The notes below the pieces were generated by a model. The model saw only the letters and a program-made list of their open reading frames with translations. It had not been told where the DNA came from and did no database searches. The position numbers and the translations under genes are program-made. A DNA stretch of 64,000 bases, from assembly GCA_025558095.1 (NCBI GenBank), contig JAIVFI010000015.1:1-64000 (forward strand), in the 5' to 3' direction. The DNA comes from Hyaloraphidium curvatum SAG 235-1. Lineage: Eukaryota; Fungi; Monoblepharomycota. Positions 60,496 through 64,000 of the stretch are shown piece after piece (position 1 is the stretch's first letter; each line of letters begins with the position of its first letter).

Positions 60496-62062
60496 ATGCC
60501 CACGGCCGACGCAGAACTCGCCAAGGCGGCCATCGCCTACCCGCCCGTGCCCAACGCGGCGCTGGCGGCGCTGACGCAGGTCAAGTACGAGACGCCCGCG
60601 AGGTGCGCTTCGCTCTGCTTGGCGGCGGGGACGGGCGGCGGAGGACTGGGGCGCAAAATTGCGGCGCATCGTGGGGAGATGAAAGCAGAGGACGCGATTC
60701 CGGCGCGATGGAGGGGTCGGAACGCCGGGACGGAGGCCTGACCGCGTGTCTCCCAACCCCGCAGCCACCCGCACCTCGCCGTGATCTCGCTCAACCGGCC
60801 CAAAGTCGCCAACACCATGTGCGTCCCTCTCCATTCTGTTTGTCCCGCGCGCCCCGGGCTCATCGCCGCCCGCAGCTCCCGCACGATGACCAACGAGCTC
60901 GACCTCGCCTTCCTCGCCGCGGCGCAGGACCCCGCCGTCCGCGTGATCGTGCTCCGCGGGGAGGGCAGGCATTTCTCGTCGGGGCACGACCTGGGGACGC
61001 CGGAGCAGATGTCGGACCCGCACTGGAACGCCCTGTCGACGAGCGGGTTCAGGGGGGATTTTGAGAAGTTCTCGTCTCTGGATGTGGAGGCGGTGCTCAG
61101 GTGGAGGAGCATCGGGAAGATCGTGGTGGCGGCGGTCAAGGGGTGTGGGTTTCCGTCGCGTGGTGGACGGAGGGCTGGCAAAGGGGTCTGACCGGGTTCC
61201 GCTCGCCGTGCTATCACTGCTCCACCGCTCATCACCCTCCACCACGGGCGTCGATTCTTCCGCCATCTGACTGCCAGTCGTCGTCTACCACGGTTGCTCG
61301 CTCGCCGCAATCGCCGACATCGTCATCGCCGCCGACGACTTGAAGTACATGCCCACCATGGTGCAAGCCTTCATGCTGCCGTGGGACCTGGCGCTGAACG
61401 CGAAAAAGGTGGGCGGGATAGACTCGGCGATGATGGCGGGACCTTTATCGTGAGCGTTCGCGTTGCCCACAGGTCAAGGAGATCGTCCTCACCAAGCGCA
61501 TCGTCGAGGCCCGCGAGGCGGAGGAGCTCGGCATCGTATGTCCCCCCCCCGCCTTGCCCCTCCCTAGCACCCTCGCTTACGCCCGTGATTGGTAGGTCAA
61601 CCGCGTCGTCCCCACGGGAACCGAGGACGCCGAAGCCTTCCGGATCGCCGACCTGATCGCGGAGAACACGGACCCGTTCCAGGCGCGGATGATGAAGATG
61701 GGCGTGAACCAGGTTCGTCCTTCCTCTTGGGCAGCGATGGACGGCGGTGCTGACGCAGGGAGCAGGCGCAGGACGCGGCGGGGCTGACGGCGCACGTCAG
61801 GGGGAACCTCGGGGTGTACGGGAGCTACTCGGCGTCGAGGTTCGACCCGGGGGCGACGGTGGACTACGCCAAGGCGATGGTGGGTTCCCGCGAACTGCCC
61901 GACATCGGCTCAGGCTGATTGCCGTGGGTCTTCGCACGGTCGAACCCACAGGCGGAAAAGAAGCTCGCGCCCATTCCGAACGCGCTCAAGGAGGAGACGT
62001 ACTACTGGACGCGGACGGCGCCGCGGGATGCGGCGGGGCACAGGGGCAAGGCCAAGATCTGA
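60496..62062 (+). CDS. Enoyl-CoA hydratase/isomerase (crotonase) family, many introns, C-terminal AKI (PTS1-like)
   Basis: ISLNRPKVAN, VRVIVLRGEGRHFSSGHDL, KIVVAAVKG and AREAEELGI|VNRVVP. Confidence 0.88.
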
Positions 62063-62215
62063 TCGGAATAGAGGACCGATCGGGTCGCACTTTCGGGAAC
62101 GTTGCCAAGATCGGCAGCGGGACGTTGGCGGGAGCGCGCTTTGGCGCCCGCCACCCATCGCACCCGCTGACTGCCCACGGCCGTCCCCCTGCTGGGCGCG
62201 CTTCCGGCACTCGCG

Positions 62216-63739
62216 ATGAAGGAAAATGGAGAGTTCCAGTTCTCCGCCGCGGAATGGGCTGCACTATTCCCGTCGCCGGTGGAGCTGGCGCCCTCTTTCG
62301 ACCCGCCGCCGCCGCCGCGCGAGATGCCGCCCCCGCTCGGCCGTGCGGACCTCCTCGGCGGGCTGCCGCCATTGCTTCGCGCTGCGGCACGCTACCAGAT
62401 CATGCTCGCACCGATTGCGGCGTACTGGCCGTACCTTTGGGCCTTCCTTCATACCCCGATCTTCGGCCTGCTCGGCGCCGTCTACGCGTTTGGCGGGGAC
62501 GAGTTCGGCGCCACCCAGAAGGCCGTAGCCATTGCCACCCTGTCGCTCTCTTTCACCACCGCCCTGGTCTTCTACTTCGTCAGCGTGCTGGGTCGCACCC
62601 ATTGGATGCGGTTCTTTGGCGACGCGGACGGCCCAATCCCGCCCACCGACGATGATGCCAAGGTGGCAAATGGAGACGTGGAGAGGGCTGCCCCAGCTCC
62701 CTCGCCCCCTCCCACGGGCGCGTCGTTCGATCGCTCTGATCTGGCCGCCGTGGTTCGCTACGGGGTGCTTGTCCGAGGGCACCCAGAGTCGCCCCTTGTT
62801 TCGCATCGGCCCAACGACCCCCTATGTCCTTGCCAGCGCGATTCCTGCGCAGGACCGATTGTTTCCGTCATGGGGCCCGTCCGTTTGGCCGACATGCTGT
62901 ACCCGGCGGTGCTCGATATCTTCACACACTTTTGTGCGGCCTGGACGGCTCTGGTCACGCTGGCCTCCCAAACCTGGACGACTTGGTGGAGCGCCCTGTT
63001 TGCCGCCGTCTTTGTTGGCGTGGCGATTCCCCTGTATTCTTTGACCGTGCAGCCCTTGGTCGTCGGGATGGGCCTGCCCCAGATGGCTCTGCAGCGCCGC
63101 ATCAACAACCGCGCCATCACCTTGACTCTCTCCTCCTTCCTCACCGGCGCCGAGGCTGTTTTGTCCGGCGGTGCGTCTCTGGAGCCCGGGAACGCCGAGA
63201 TGCCGGCACTGGATTCTTCATACGCGACCCTCCACGACGGCCTGACCCACGAGTGGATGAACCGCACCCTCACCCTCAGCCGCGGCCGCGGCGGCCTCGT
63301 CGCCCTGCTTGTCGCCATGTTCCTGAATGCCGTGCTCTACATCGTCTCGTCCAGCTGTGTGCCGGTCTGGGTTCTCGGAGCGCTGGTGCAGATGCTCGTC
63401 AATCTCGCCCGCACCCTCTTCGTCGTCGCGGCAAACAACACATCGGTTGAGGACGCCGCGACATCGTACGCCCTCGCCCGGTCGCGGCTGCAGCGCCTCC
63501 TCGCCCTCGCCGACCCCGCGGTCCTCGCCTCCCCGGCGGTCGGCCCGGCGATGCAGCACGAGAAACTCCTGGGCTCGTTCGCGGACGCGGATCGGTACCG
63601 CGCCAAGTTCCTCGGGTTCCGCGTGGGCAGCGGGACCGCGAGGGGGTTCGTGGTGACGGCCTTCACGGTGCTCGTGGGGTCGTGGACGATCGCGAGGAGC
63701 TTGGGGGTGAGGATACAGATGGACAACGTGTGCCGTTGA
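62216..63739 (+). CDS. Lineage-specific multi-TM protein (intact family member)
   Basis: 507-aa ORF with ~7 hydrophobic segments, a SHRPNDPLCPCQRDSC loop and terminal KFLGFRVG. Confidence 0.8.
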   Translation: MKENGEFQFSAAEWAALFPSPVELAPSFDPPPPPREMPPPLGRADLLGGLPPLLRAAARYQIMLAPIAAYWPYLWAFLHTPIFGLLGAVYAFGGDEFGATQKAVAIATLSLSFTTALVFYFVSVLGRTHWMRFFGDADGPIPPTDDDAKVANGDVERAAPAPSPPPTGASFDRSDLAAVVRYGVLVRGHPESPLVSHRPNDPLCPCQRDSCAGPIVSVMGPVRLADMLYPAVLDIFTHFCAAWTALVTLASQTWTTWWSALFAAVFVGVAIPLYSLTVQPLVVGMGLPQMALQRRINNRAITLTLSSFLTGAEAVLSGGASLEPGNAEMPALDSSYATLHDGLTHEWMNRTLTLSRGRGGLVALLVAMFLNAVLYIVSSSCVPVWVLGALVQMLVNLARTLFVVAANNTSVEDAATSYALARSRLQRLLALADPAVLASPAVGPAMQHEKLLGSFADADRYRAKFLGFRVGSGTARGFVVTAFTVLVGSWTIARSLGVRIQMDNVCR

Positions 63740-63784
63740 CCGGTACAGTCGCCGCAGGTATTTGACGTTGTGTATCGGGGGTCG

Positions 63785-64000
63785 TGAAGCAGTGGGATCG
63801 GCCCTTTCTCGTCGCTCGCCCCTCGACCTGCCGGCCGTCTCCGCGAACCCCCCCTGCATGTCACCCCTCCCCCTGCTCCACCGCCCGCACCTGCACCAAA
63901 AGCTGCCTCGCCCCCCTTCCCACCCCCTCGGCACGCTCCGCGATCCCCTCCAGCGCCCTCGCGAGGCACGCGTGCTGCGCCGCCCGTCCTTCCGCGAGCA
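63785..64000 (-). other. 3' part of another coiled-coil paralog entering from the right edge
   Basis: LAEGRAAQHACLARALEGIAERAE resembles EAEGRARQYESLVGGLEGVAGDAE. Confidence 0.5.

Overview
This is GC-rich eukaryotic DNA with many short (~50-60 nt) GT-AG introns and CTRAC/CTCAC-type branch points. The style is fungal; an early-diverging chytrid/monoblepharid such as Hyaloraphidium is my inference, not verified. The window has three parts. (1) 1-16.4 kb is largely decayed. It holds a multi-exon Ser/Thr kinase, two genes sharing an intron block, and a CRE-like retrotransposon C-terminus (CCHC + restriction-like endonuclease). It also holds a colinear, deletion-collapsed mosaic copy (10.9-15.6 kb) of the gene block at 26.9-36.4 kb and SdrD-B-like fragments. 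(2) 16.4-26.6 kb is the 3' end of an RTE-X/L2-like LINE with an (AGACC)n tail. It is joined directly and in frame to a ~9.6 kb array of ~58 units of 165/160 bp with combinatorial variants and higher-order repeats. (3) 26.8-64 kb is gene-dense: DH/RhoGEF-like, F-box/LRR, MYND, alpha/beta hydrolase, DCC oxidoreductase, cyclophilin, SWEET, FAD monooxygenase, thioesterase, a Stig1-like/mucin/TM/SH3 receptor-like protein, methyltransferase, WW, CCCH, a divergent GT-A + PhyH-dioxygenase pair, enoyl-CoA hydratase and a lineage-specific multi-TM family. Several members are pseudogenes. All calls come from motif recognition by eye; multi-exon coordinates are gene spans.
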